Below are positions 9,088 to 17,624 of a stretch of 64,000 nucleotides of DNA, one piece after another. A program made the position numbers and the translations under genes. The stretch is from the NCBI GenBank assembly GCA_014240165.1, contig JAAZXM010000013.1:10647-74646 (forward strand), in the 5' to 3' direction. Source of the DNA: Myxococcales bacterium. GTDB lineage: Bacteria; Myxococcota_A; UBA9160; UBA4427. The number at the start of each line of letters is the position of its first letter. Within the stretch, counting starts at the first letter, position 1. Under the pieces are notes generated by a model. That model ran no database searches. It was not told the origin of the DNA and was given only the letters and a program-made list of their open reading frames with translations.

Positions 9088-11475
9088 TCAAGCCACTGGC
9101 CCGGGTACTTCCAGGGCTTCACGGATAGTGAGAGTCAGTTCCTCCATCGAGCACGGCTTTCGCAGAATCGACTGTAGACCCTCTGCCTTGAGATCAGCGA
9201 ACTCTGGGCGAGAAAGATTTCCGCTCATCAGAATCACTCGCACAGAGGGGTCGATGCGTGTCAGCTCCCTGAATGCTTCCGAACCCGTCATCTCTGGCAT
9301 CCGGTAGTCGAGAAGCACCAAATCGATCTCGCTTCCCCTCTCCTTGTAGATATTGACCGCTTCGAGCCCCGTCGCACACCGAATCACCTGGTAGCCCCCA
9401 TGGGTCAGGAGCATCGTCGTCGCTCGCGCGACAATGTCTTCGTCTTCAGCCAGAAGGATGGTCTTCCCTCCCCCATCCGTCGATTGGGTGACGGATTCCT
9501 TCTCAGGACTCTCAGTCAACTCGGCCAGGGGAATATAGATCGCCACATGGGTGCCCTGACCCGGTTCGCTGGAAATCTTCAGGGCTCCGCCGATCTCGCG
9601 GATATAGGTGGAGAAGACCGAAAGCCCGAGGCCCGTCCCCTTGCCTGTGGGCTTCGTCGTGAAGAAGGGGTCCAAGACTTGTGCCGCTGTTGCGGAGTCC
9701 ATCCCTATGCCGGTATCGATGAGATCGATCCGTACCTGGCGACGCTTATCCGGCTCGGAACTCTCGGCACCGGACTCAAGAGAATCAGAAATCACCTCGC
9801 GAGTCCTTACCGAAAGGCGCCCACCATCGGCCATCGCATCCTTGGCATTCAGCGCGACGTTGAGCAGGCCACTATCGAACCTCGCAGCATCACCCAAGGA
9901 AAAAAGACGACCCTCACACAGGTCCGTCTCTACGTTGATCGACTCACCCAGGGCCGGAGCAAGAAGTTCGAGCACATTGCGTACGCTTTGATTGATATCG
10001 AGCGTCGACATGCTCGGCGGCTGGACATGGGCGAAATCGAGCAACTGGCTGGTCAAAGCTGCCGCTCGCGTCCCCGCCATGGTGACCATGTTCGCCATCT
10101 CCAGCCCTTCTCCATCCTCTTCGGATGATCGGCGAAAAACATCTTCCAATCGCTCACCCGCAGCGAGGATCGCCATGAGGAGGTTGTTGAAGTCGTGAGC
10201 AATCCCTCCTGCCAGGCGGCCGATCGCCTCCATCTTCGTAGCCTGATTCAATTGCTCGGAAAGCTTGTTTTGCTGAGTGACGTCCCGGGCGAAACGATAA
10301 TGTTCGCCCGGCTTGCCCCCCGGAATCCTCACGAGGGCGATAACCTGAGAGAAGTTTTTTCTGTCGGACCCCAGTCCTTGAACTTCAACTTCAGCCTTCT
10401 CGCCCAGCCCGAGTTCGAGTATCGCCTTGATGATCTTCGGACGGTCTCCGGGATCGACCCAGGAGTTCGCCTGCGAGCCGAGCATTCCAGCTGAGTCAGC
10501 AGCGTGCATCTGCAGGAAGGCCTGATTGGCGCTCAGAATATTTCCGTCAGCGCCAACATGAGCAACCCCTTCGACAGCCGCTTCCATGGCTGAACGGATA
10601 TCACCCAACTCAGTCGCCGTGGTTTCTCTCTTCTCGATCTCGAATTGCAAGTTTCGATTGGAGACTTTGAGTTCGAGAGTGCGCTCTTCGACACGCAACT
10701 CCAATTCCCTCCGCCCATCCTCCAATTCCTGCGTGGTCTCGCTCAGCTCTTGGACGGCACCGAGCAGTTCTGACTGATTGCGGCGAAGCAGTCTGTCGCG
10801 TTTGCGGAGCTCGCTGAACATGGAAAAACTGAAGGCTGCGGCGAGCAACCCCCCCGTCACGTTGATTGAGCCTATGCCCACAGCCCAGGGCAGCGAGAGA
10901 TGGCCATCGACAATGGGAGATGATTGATAGAGGGGGCCGTAGGGGATCTCGCCGACCTGCTCGAGAAATACCAAAACTCCGAAAATCGAGAGCCAACTGA
11001 TCAAACCGGCACGCGTCGCGAAACCGCCAAAAAGCGGCAAGCCCACCATAATCCCGCCTATGAGGGTGACGAATCCATAGGGATCGGTGAAGTATCCAAA
11101 GAGATAAGCGTAGAAAGAATTGGTGATCGCGTAGACCTGAATCGGCCCGTACCTGAAGAGCTTGGCCTCCGCATGGCGTTCGCCTGCAAAGAACGAGATG
11201 AGACCCATCACAAGCCAGGCCGCGAGCGTGAAATATGAAAGCTGGATCTGAAGGTTCAGAATGGCGGGATCAATAAAGGGCAGGAGGTCGAGATGTCCCC
11301 GCGCAAGGTGCAGGAGCAAGGTCGAATAGAGAACCAGGCAGAGAACGACCCCCGACGTGAGAAGGCTCTTCTTCGCGGTAGGCCAGCCCACGATCGAACC
11401 GAGTCGCGTGAATACAGAGATCCTGCCGGATCCTGTAAAAAGTGGCGTGTCGGGAGTGTCCAAATCGGTGTCCAT
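9088..11475 (-). CDS. Hybrid sensor histidine kinase/response regulator (multi-TM sensor, coiled coil, PAS, HisKA, HATPase_c, REC)
   Basis: 795-aa ORF. Hydrophobic N-terminal third, H-box GGIAHDFNNLL, ATPase motifs DTGIGMD and GTGLGLS, and receiver ILLAEDED...DLVLLDYRMPEMTG. Confidence 0.9.
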   Translation of the reverse strand: MDTDLDTPDTPLFTGSGRISVFTRLGSIVGWPTAKKSLLTSGVVLCLVLYSTLLLHLARGHLDLLPFIDPAILNLQIQLSYFTLAAWLVMGLISFFAGERHAEAKLFRYGPIQVYAITNSFYAYLFGYFTDPYGFVTLIGGIMVGLPLFGGFATRAGLISWLSIFGVLVFLEQVGEIPYGPLYQSSPIVDGHLSLPWAVGIGSINVTGGLLAAAFSFSMFSELRKRDRLLRRNQSELLGAVQELSETTQELEDGRRELELRVEERTLELKVSNRNLQFEIEKRETTATELGDIRSAMEAAVEGVAHVGADGNILSANQAFLQMHAADSAGMLGSQANSWVDPGDRPKIIKAILELGLGEKAEVEVQGLGSDRKNFSQVIALVRIPGGKPGEHYRFARDVTQQNKLSEQLNQATKMEAIGRLAGGIAHDFNNLLMAILAAGERLEDVFRRSSEEDGEGLEMANMVTMAGTRAAALTSQLLDFAHVQPPSMSTLDINQSVRNVLELLAPALGESINVETDLCEGRLFSLGDAARFDSGLLNVALNAKDAMADGGRLSVRTREVISDSLESGAESSEPDKRRQVRIDLIDTGIGMDSATAAQVLDPFFTTKPTGKGTGLGLSVFSTYIREIGGALKISSEPGQGTHVAIYIPLAELTESPEKESVTQSTDGGGKTILLAEDEDIVARATTMLLTHGGYQVIRCATGLEAVNIYKERGSEIDLVLLDYRMPEMTGSEAFRELTRIDPSVRVILMSGNLSRPEFADLKAEGLQSILRKPCSMEELTLTIREALEVPGPVA

Positions 11476-11776
11476 GGACCGCCTGGGATATTCCAGTTAT
11501 TGCGACCCCACACGATAGGCCCCGCGGCGGAGTTCGCCAAATTATGAACGGGCTTGCGCCAGAAAATTCGCGCTGCGCCTCGCGCCTGATCAGCCTCTCA
11601 ACATCCCGCGAAAATTGCCTCGCAATCAGCGGGACAAACTCTAGAGCAAATACCTGAGCAATCGCTCTTCGCCTGGATCATCGAGTATTCGAGCAGACCG
11701 AGAGGGGCTCGGCGCCGAAACGTCCCGGCGCCAAGTTCGCCTGATCGGTACCACGTCGTAGTGATCGCCGGTTGCG

Positions 11777-12592
11777 TCAGTTGCGCCCATGAGCCGTATC
11801 AATCATGTACCACCCCCCGGCGATTGGGCTCAACGCATCGTCGGCTGTGTAGAAGTCGACACGATACTCACCCGGATCCCAACCTTCTTTCGGCCGCATC
11901 CAGACATAATTGGTATCCGCATTGGCCTTGATGGGATAGTGATTGAACAACATGATCTTCGGATCATCGACGCGGGTCCACTTCACGAACACTTCGTCCT
12001 GCCCGTAATCACCCATGGGAAAAGTCGCAAGAATGCGCCCATCTCCGGAAAATCTCGTCAGTTCGGCTGGTCCGTCCACCACTCCTGCTGCTTCTTCCGA
12101 AAAGGTCACGTTTTTCAGAGTCGGACCGTCCGTGCCTTGTACCTGGAGCAACCCCTCCATGGCGAGTTCCGCCAGGCGGCGGGCATAGGCCTTCGGGTCG
12201 TCCGACTCCTCGATCTTCTCCGGAGCAATATCCGTCAGACTTGATATCGACGCTGCCAATTCCCGATCGCTCATCGTGTCGATGATGATGCCCAGTACCT
12301 GGGCAGGGTCTGAACTGAAGCGCGCGAGAGTGCGCAGCAGATCCGCTCGAGGATCGTCTCCGGCCTCGTCGACCAACGCATCGAGCGCCTCCTTCTGGGC
12401 CGCCTTCGAGTCCCGATTCGCCTGCCCGCCCGCCCCCTGCACCCGCGCGTCAGCTGCAGGGCCAGGCCGATCGGCTTCCGTCTGGAATCTCCGCTCAACG
12501 CCCAGCCCATCCCCCGACGTGCGCCAGCCCGTCCAGAGTCCCACGGCAAAGGCGAGCACTATTCCGGCCGCCCAGTATCTCCTCATCACCAT
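11777..12592 (-). CDS. Hypothetical membrane-anchored protein (one N-terminal TM helix, unknown C-terminal beta-rich domain)
   Basis: The ORF has high-GC third positions. N-terminus is MVMRRYWAAGIVLAFAVGLWTGW. No family recognised. Start is uncertain (TTG 12628, ATG 12592 or ATG 12586). Confidence 0.6.
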   Translation of the reverse strand: MVMRRYWAAGIVLAFAVGLWTGWRTSGDGLGVERRFQTEADRPGPAADARVQGAGGQANRDSKAAQKEALDALVDEAGDDPRADLLRTLARFSSDPAQVLGIIIDTMSDRELAASISSLTDIAPEKIEESDDPKAYARRLAELAMEGLLQVQGTDGPTLKNVTFSEEAAGVVDGPAELTRFSGDGRILATFPMGDYGQDEVFVKWTRVDDPKIMLFNHYPIKANADTNYVWMRPKEGWDPGEYRVDFYTADDALSPIAGGWYMIDTAHGRN

Positions 12593-13128
12593 GTGTACAA
12601 GTTGACGCAGCCCATAGGCCCTGTCCAAAGAGCACGGCCAGACCCTCCCCTTGTTGCGTCACGGGGCTCTTTTCGTCTCCTCACGGGTCCACCGAGCCGC
12701 TCTCCGGGATACCGAGACGCGCCAGGACCGGAGTCCAACGGAGAACCGACAGACGCGGCTTGGGGCCCGGGGACGGCCGGGAGAAGTTGTAGGGATTTTG
12801 AAGATCAGTTGACGCCTCCTAGAGACACTGAGGAGAGTCCCGTAGCTGAAAATCTGATTCTTAAAAATTCCTTCATACAAATATGTAATAAGGGGGAAGT
12901 GCAACTGCAAACACAAGCAAACATCTCTGACTCCCTTACTCACGTAAGAGAGAATCTGGTCGGACGCATCCAGCCGAAGGCGGCGACGTATATCAAAGCC
13001 TCCGGTCGTCCAAGGGTCCGAGACGCAGTCCTTCTCCCTGTTCTCGGAGCCGTACGGCAACCGACCCACGAGAGGTTTTTCTTGTAGCAAGCAGGCGCAC
13101 ATCGAAGAACAAGAAATCATTGCGCAAT

Positions 13129-13200
13129 TCGACAGCAGTTGGTGTGGGGATGGAATTTAGGCCCTTCCCAGGTATCCATAACCGTACCGACTGCTGTCGA
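13129..13200. repeat. Perfect 11-bp inverted repeat (TCGACAGCAGT / ACTGCTGTCGA) enclosing a 50-nt loop with a nested ATGGA/TCCAT helix
   Basis: Read directly: arms at 13129-13139 and 13190-13200 are exact reverse complements. It lies in an ORF-free gap. Confidence 0.85.
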
Positions 13201-13292
13201 TAGCCGGGCCGCAACACGCGCCGCGAGCACGTACGGTTCGCAAGCTCTCTACTCGCATAAAGCGAAACTCCCCCAAGACAAACCCCAAAACG

Positions 13293-13336
13293 AAAAAGAT
13301 GCTCCCGATCCGCAATACGGTTCGGGAGCATCTTTT
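13293..13336. terminator. Bidirectional rho-independent terminator
   Basis: AAAAA, then GATGCTCCCGA(T)CCG-caata-CGG(T)TCGGGAGCATC, then TTTT. On the minus strand the hairpin sits 7 nt after the tRNA-Gly 3' end and is followed by TTTTTCGTTTT. Confidence 0.75.
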
Positions 13337-13342
13337 CGCTTC

Positions 13343-13418
13343 TGGAGCACGAGACCGGATTCGAACCGGCGACCCTCACGTTGGCAACGTGATGCTCTAC
13401 CAGCTGAGCTACTCGTGC
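13343..13418 (-). tRNA. tRNA-Gly (anticodon GCC), CCA encoded
   Basis: The reverse complement reads GCACGAGTAGCTCAGCTGGTAGAGCATCACGTTGCCAACGTGAGGGTCGCCGGTTCGAATCCGGTCTCGTGCTCCA. This is a canonical cloverleaf: 7-bp acceptor, D arm GCTC/GAGC, anticodon loop TTGCCAA and T arm GCCGG-TTCGAAT-CCGGT. Confidence 0.93.
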
Positions 13419-13514
13419 CTGAAATTCGTTTCGGGACGAAGGGTTTACGGAACCCGTGGCCCGCCGTCAAGCGTGGCCGAAACCCTCAAGGACCCATCCC
13501 GGGGGGAAGCGCAA

Positions 13515-14834
13515 TCAGAGTTTCGTGATCTTCTCCTCATACCCGGCCAACGCCCCCGTGGCGTTGCGCGTATCAAAAATCCGGGGGGCCTTCTCCGCCA
13601 GCCATTCGTAGTCCACTGCGCTGTGGTCGGTGAGAATCAGGGCCAGATCCGTCTCCGCCAATACCTCGTCATTCAACTCCGAACCCTTGTAGAGCTTACC
13701 GTCGATTTCGCATTCGGGGACGAATGGGTCGTGGTAGCTGATCTCCGCCCCTTTGCGGGCCAGCAGGCTGACCACATCGATCGCCGGAGATTCCCTCATA
13801 TCGCCAACATCACGCTTATATGCGACCCCAATGATCAGCAACCGGGCCCCGTTGACCGCCAATTTCGCGTCGTTGAGAAGCTCGGTGACCCGATCCACCA
13901 CGTGGGCGGGCATTCCGCTATTGATCTCAGTCGCCAGTTCGATGAAACGTGCTGAGAAGTTCAGCGACTTCATCCGCCAGGACAAATAACTGGGATCGAC
14001 TGGAATGCAGTGCCCGCCCAGGCCCGGGCCCGGCAAGAACTTCATGAAACCGTAGGGTTTGGTCGCTGCTGCCTCGATGACTTCCCAAACATCGAGGCCC
14101 AGGCGCTCGCACATCAAGGCCACTTCGTTCGCAAGGCCGATGTTGATCGCGCGAAAGGTATTCTCCAGCAACTTGACCATCTCGGCGGATTGGGTCGAAC
14201 TCACCGGGACGGTTTCGTCGAAAACCGTATCGAAGACCTTACAGGCGAGTTCGGTACAGAGAGGCGTTTCGCCGCCCACGACCTTGGGGACGTTCTTGAT
14301 CTTGAAGGTCGTATTCGCCGGGTCGATCCGTTCGGGAGCGAACGCCAGCGAGAAATCCTGACCTACCTTGAGCCCTGTTTCTTCAAGGACCGGAACGAAA
14401 AGCTCCCGAGTCGTTCCCGGATAAGTTGTACTCCCCAGAATGATGAGGTCGCCCGGGCTCAAGCGATCGCGGATTTCCTCCACGGCGCTCGCCATGAACG
14501 AAACGTCAGGGTCTTTTGTCTTCGTCAAGGGAGTCGGAACGCAGACGTTTATCACTTGAACTTCGCCAAGCCGATCAAAGTCCGTGGTCGCCTGGAGGCG
14601 GTCGCCCTCTCGGACCGATTGCAGCCTTTCGGATGAAATATCACCGATATATGAGGATCCGGCTTCGATGGAGCGAACCTTCTCCTCGTCGATGTCGAAG
14701 CCAATCACCTCGAAGCCCGCCGCGGCGAGTTCCACTGCGAGAGGCAGGCCCACATAGCCGAGGCCGACAACCCCAACCCGAGCGGAGCGATCATCGATGT
14801 TCAGGCTCAACTCCTGAAGCCGCTTGGAGATCAT
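13515..14834 (-). CDS. Nucleotide-sugar dehydrogenase (UDP-glucose/GDP-mannose dehydrogenase family; UDP-N-acetyl-hexosamine dehydrogenase-like)
   Basis: Rossmann motif VGVVGLGYVGLPLA and catalytic-Cys region GLGGHCIPVDP. Start set at MISKRLQ (ATG 14834, GAGGA upstream). The track start at 15002 would overlap pgsA. Confidence 0.9.
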   Translation of the reverse strand: MISKRLQELSLNIDDRSARVGVVGLGYVGLPLAVELAAAGFEVIGFDIDEEKVRSIEAGSSYIGDISSERLQSVREGDRLQATTDFDRLGEVQVINVCVPTPLTKTKDPDVSFMASAVEEIRDRLSPGDLIILGSTTYPGTTRELFVPVLEETGLKVGQDFSLAFAPERIDPANTTFKIKNVPKVVGGETPLCTELACKVFDTVFDETVPVSSTQSAEMVKLLENTFRAINIGLANEVALMCERLGLDVWEVIEAAATKPYGFMKFLPGPGLGGHCIPVDPSYLSWRMKSLNFSARFIELATEINSGMPAHVVDRVTELLNDAKLAVNGARLLIIGVAYKRDVGDMRESPAIDVVSLLARKGAEISYHDPFVPECEIDGKLYKGSELNDEVLAETDLALILTDHSAVDYEWLAEKAPRIFDTRNATGALAGYEEKITKL

Positions 14835-14919
14835 CGTTTGTTGTCCTCGCCCTTTCCTAATGCCTTGTTCGCAAAATTGTGGCCTATCGACCACCCGCCA
14901 GACCGGAACCCTTCGGCGA

Positions 14920-15594
14920 TCAGGCCGTCGGCTGCTTCCAACCGAAGTAGTCTGCGAAATATACGTAGCCAGACCACAGGGTAAGCGCCGTCGCGGCCCC
15001 AAGTGCGGTGAGACCCACCTCGTGCGCCGGAAGCCCGATGGTCGGGTAATGAAAAAGAAGTGCTCCCACCGAAAAATTCTGGACGAGGGACTTCAACTTG
15101 CCCTGCCAGGAAGCGCCCACCACGTGGCCATCCGAGGAGGCGATACTCCGAAGCCCGGTGACTGCCAGTTCTCGGCCAATGATCACCACCACCATACCCA
15201 CCGCCCAGGTGGGAATTCGCCCGCACGCCACCAGCATGATGAGCGCCGTAGAAACCAGCAATTTATCCGCCAGGGGGTCGAGCAATTTTCCGGCGCGGGT
15301 TACCCCGCCTCCCCCCCGCCGGCGTGCCAACCAGCCGTCCAAGATGTCGGATAGCGCGGCGAAAATGAACGCCCAGGCCATGACCTGACTTCCCGAATGA
15401 CTCATCCCCCAATCGGTGGGGATCAGGAAGAGGACGGGAATCACTGCGATACGAAGCATGGTGACGGTATTGGGGAGGTTCCAAAAAGTCTCTTCCGACC
15501 CGGGTTCGATCCCCGCAAAGGCGGACCGCGGAGCCGGGTCGGCCGGCGAGGCCTGCCTGGCACCGTCCAAATCCGAGGCCTCTGCGGGGGTCAT
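14920..15594 (-). CDS. pgsA: CDP-diacylglycerol--glycerol-3-phosphate 3-phosphatidyltransferase (CDP-alcohol phosphatidyltransferase family)
   Basis: Signature DILDGWLARRRGGGGVTRAGKLLDPLADK (D-G-x2-A-R-x8-G-x3-D-x3-D) and multiple TM segments. Confidence 0.85.
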   Translation of the reverse strand: MTPAEASDLDGARQASPADPAPRSAFAGIEPGSEETFWNLPNTVTMLRIAVIPVLFLIPTDWGMSHSGSQVMAWAFIFAALSDILDGWLARRRGGGGVTRAGKLLDPLADKLLVSTALIMLVACGRIPTWAVGMVVVIIGRELAVTGLRSIASSDGHVVGASWQGKLKSLVQNFSVGALLFHYPTIGLPAHEVGLTALGAATALTLWSGYVYFADYFGWKQPTA

Positions 15595-15898
15595 CGAATC
15601 TCCCTTTCAGTCCTGATGCCCGGCACCTCGCTGCGCGGGGTCGCATGGAGCCGTGAAAGCAGCTCAAATTCATTCGCCGCCTGCGCCAGAAGGCCCTGAC
15701 GACCGGCGGTCCGCACCGGAACCCCTCTGAAGTCCGGGGATAATAGGGGAGATCCCCGCCTGGGGAACGCCGCCCCCTCCAGTCCTCCAGGCGGGTCCTG
15801 AACCGCCGACGGTGGCGGATGACCGGATCGATGGCCCCGCGGGTAGCTCGATTGCATCCCAGGCCAAGGGACGGATAAACTCGGCGCCTGCGGGCGAG

Positions 15899-15912
15899 CC
15901 GATTCGAATCGG
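15899..15912. promoter_or_regulatory. Perfect 14-bp palindrome CCGATTCGAATCGG about 55 nt upstream of nadB (candidate operator)
   Basis: The palindrome was read directly. A regulatory role is inference only. Confidence 0.3.
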
Positions 15913-15967
15913 ACGGAGAGAAGACCGCTCTCGCGCCCCCTGACGGACAGGCCCCGCCGGATCAAGG

Positions 15968-17614
15968 ATGCAATTGCGTATGCCAGAGCCTCGAAAATTC
16001 GACTTTGTGGTGATCGGCAGCGGCGTCGCCGGGCTGCATTTCGCGCTCCGGGTCGCGGAGCACGGAACCGTGGCGATCGTGACCAAGAAACGCGCCGCGG
16101 AGTCGGCCACCAACTACGCACAGGGCGGCATCGCGGCGGTCATGCACCGCGAGGACAGCTTCGATGCCCACGTTCAGGACACGCTCTACGCGGGTGCCGG
16201 ACTCTGCGACGAGCGCGTGGTCAAGCACGTGGTCGAACAGGGCCCCCGGGCGATCCAGAGCCTTCTGAAATGGGGAGTCAATTTCGACCGAAGCGAAAAG
16301 GCCGGAGGCGATGCAATCGACTACGACCTCGGACGGGAGGGCGGCCACTCCAAGCGAAGAATCCTCCATCATCGCGATGCTACGGGCAGAGAGATCGAGG
16401 GCTCCCTGCTTCAGCGAGCTGCCGACCACCCGAATATCACGGTTTACGAGGATCACTCTGCGATCGATCTGTTGACGGCCCACCGCAGCGGAAGAAGCGA
16501 AAGCAATCGTTGCCTCGGTGCCTATGCATTGGACTCGGCCACGGGCGAGGTCGAACTCTTTCTTGCTCCCCTGACGCTGCTGGCCAGCGGGGGGGCGGGA
16601 AAGGTCTATCTCTACACGAGCAACCCGGATATCGCCTCGGGTGATGGCGTCGCCATGGCGTATCGGGCTGGGGCAACCATCGCCAACATGGAATTCATGC
16701 AATTCCATCCGACTTGTCTCTATCACCCGAACTCGAAATCGTTCCTCGTCAGCGAGGCAGTCAGGGGCGAGGGAGGGATCCTGCGCAACCTGCGCGGAGA
16801 GGCTTTCATGAGCCGCGCGCACGAAATGGGAGATCTGGCGCCACGCGACATCGTCGCCCGGGCAATCGATGATGAGCTGAAGAGATCGGGCGAAGACCAC
16901 GTAATCCTGGACATCACGCACCAGGACAGCGCCTTCGTGCGCCGCCGTTTCCCGAACATCGCCGCGCATTGTCTTCGCTTCGGCATCGATATGACCCAGC
17001 AGCCGATCCCCGTTGTGCCCGCTGCACACTATTGCTGCGGGGGTGTGCTCACCGACATGAAAGGCGAAACCGACCTGCCCAACCTTTTCGCCGCCGGAGA
17101 GGTCGCGTGCACCGGACTCCATGGGGCCAACCGCCTGGCTTCGAATTCATTGCTCGAGGCCCTGGTTTTCGCCGACGCCTCGGCTGACGAGGCCATTCGT
17201 CGAATGGATGAGCAACCCGAGGTGGGTACTGTGCCCGAATGGAGGCACGGCGAAGTCAGCGAGAGCCATGAAGCTGTCGTCATCACGCAGAATTGGGATG
17301 AGATTCGGCGCTTCATGTGGAACTACGTCGGAATCGTCCGCAGCAACAACCGGCTGGCTCGCGCCCACCACCGCATCGACGTATTGCTCGAGGAGATCAA
17401 CCAGTACTACTGGAATTTCCGGATCACCTCACCCCTTCTCGAATTGAGAAATCTGGCCACGGTGGCCGAACTCATCGTCCGGGCAGCGGAACAGCGGCTC
17501 GAAAGTCGCGGGTTGCACTACAATCTCGACTACCCTGACCGGGATGATGAAAATTTTGGCTCCGACACGCTTTTGCGACTTGGAGAACCCGCCCATACAA
17601 GGGCCTCTCGATGA
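15968..17614 (+). CDS. nadB: L-aspartate oxidase
   Basis: FAD motif FDFVVIGSGVAGL, HGANRLASNSLLE, and full-length similarity to the NadB/succinate dehydrogenase flavoprotein family. Confidence 0.92.
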   Translation: MQLRMPEPRKFDFVVIGSGVAGLHFALRVAEHGTVAIVTKKRAAESATNYAQGGIAAVMHREDSFDAHVQDTLYAGAGLCDERVVKHVVEQGPRAIQSLLKWGVNFDRSEKAGGDAIDYDLGREGGHSKRRILHHRDATGREIEGSLLQRAADHPNITVYEDHSAIDLLTAHRSGRSESNRCLGAYALDSATGEVELFLAPLTLLASGGAGKVYLYTSNPDIASGDGVAMAYRAGATIANMEFMQFHPTCLYHPNSKSFLVSEAVRGEGGILRNLRGEAFMSRAHEMGDLAPRDIVARAIDDELKRSGEDHVILDITHQDSAFVRRRFPNIAAHCLRFGIDMTQQPIPVVPAAHYCCGGVLTDMKGETDLPNLFAAGEVACTGLHGANRLASNSLLEALVFADASADEAIRRMDEQPEVGTVPEWRHGEVSESHEAVVITQNWDEIRRFMWNYVGIVRSNNRLARAHHRIDVLLEEINQYYWNFRITSPLLELRNLATVAELIVRAAEQRLESRGLHYNLDYPDRDDENFGSDTLLRLGEPAHTRASR

Positions 17615-17624
17615 ATAGCGCCAA

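Noticed and set aside
12826-13296. Possible RNase P RNA, tmRNA, SRP RNA or hammerhead in the gap
   Set aside because: There are only fragmentary resemblances: GAGGAGAGTCCCG versus GAGGAAAGTCCGG; minus-strand CCCGGCTATCG versus CCCGGCTTATCG; ...CCCCACACCA; and CTGAGGA...GAAA. The partner elements (complementary P4 strand, canonical T-arm, tag ORF ending in ALAA, helix II) are missing or would collide with the tRNA gene.
12593-13379. ORFs 12593-13087 (+), 12659-13120 (-) and 12993-13379 (-) in the gap near tRNA-Gly
   Set aside because: They have atypical composition and low third-position GC, and match no family. One runs through the tRNA gene.
14835-15002. N-terminal extension of the sugar dehydrogenase ORF
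   Set aside because: It would overlap the pgsA 3' end. The internal ATG at 14834 has a GAGGA Shine-Dalgarno sequence and gives the normal family N-terminus.
15595-15967. NAD+ (nadA-motif) riboswitch upstream of nadB
   Set aside because: I cannot recall the consensus reliably enough and see no tandem bulged-stem domains. Only the palindrome and the short repeats are reported.
15962-17122. 386-aa minus-strand ORF
   Set aside because: It is antisense to nadB and has no recognisable motifs.
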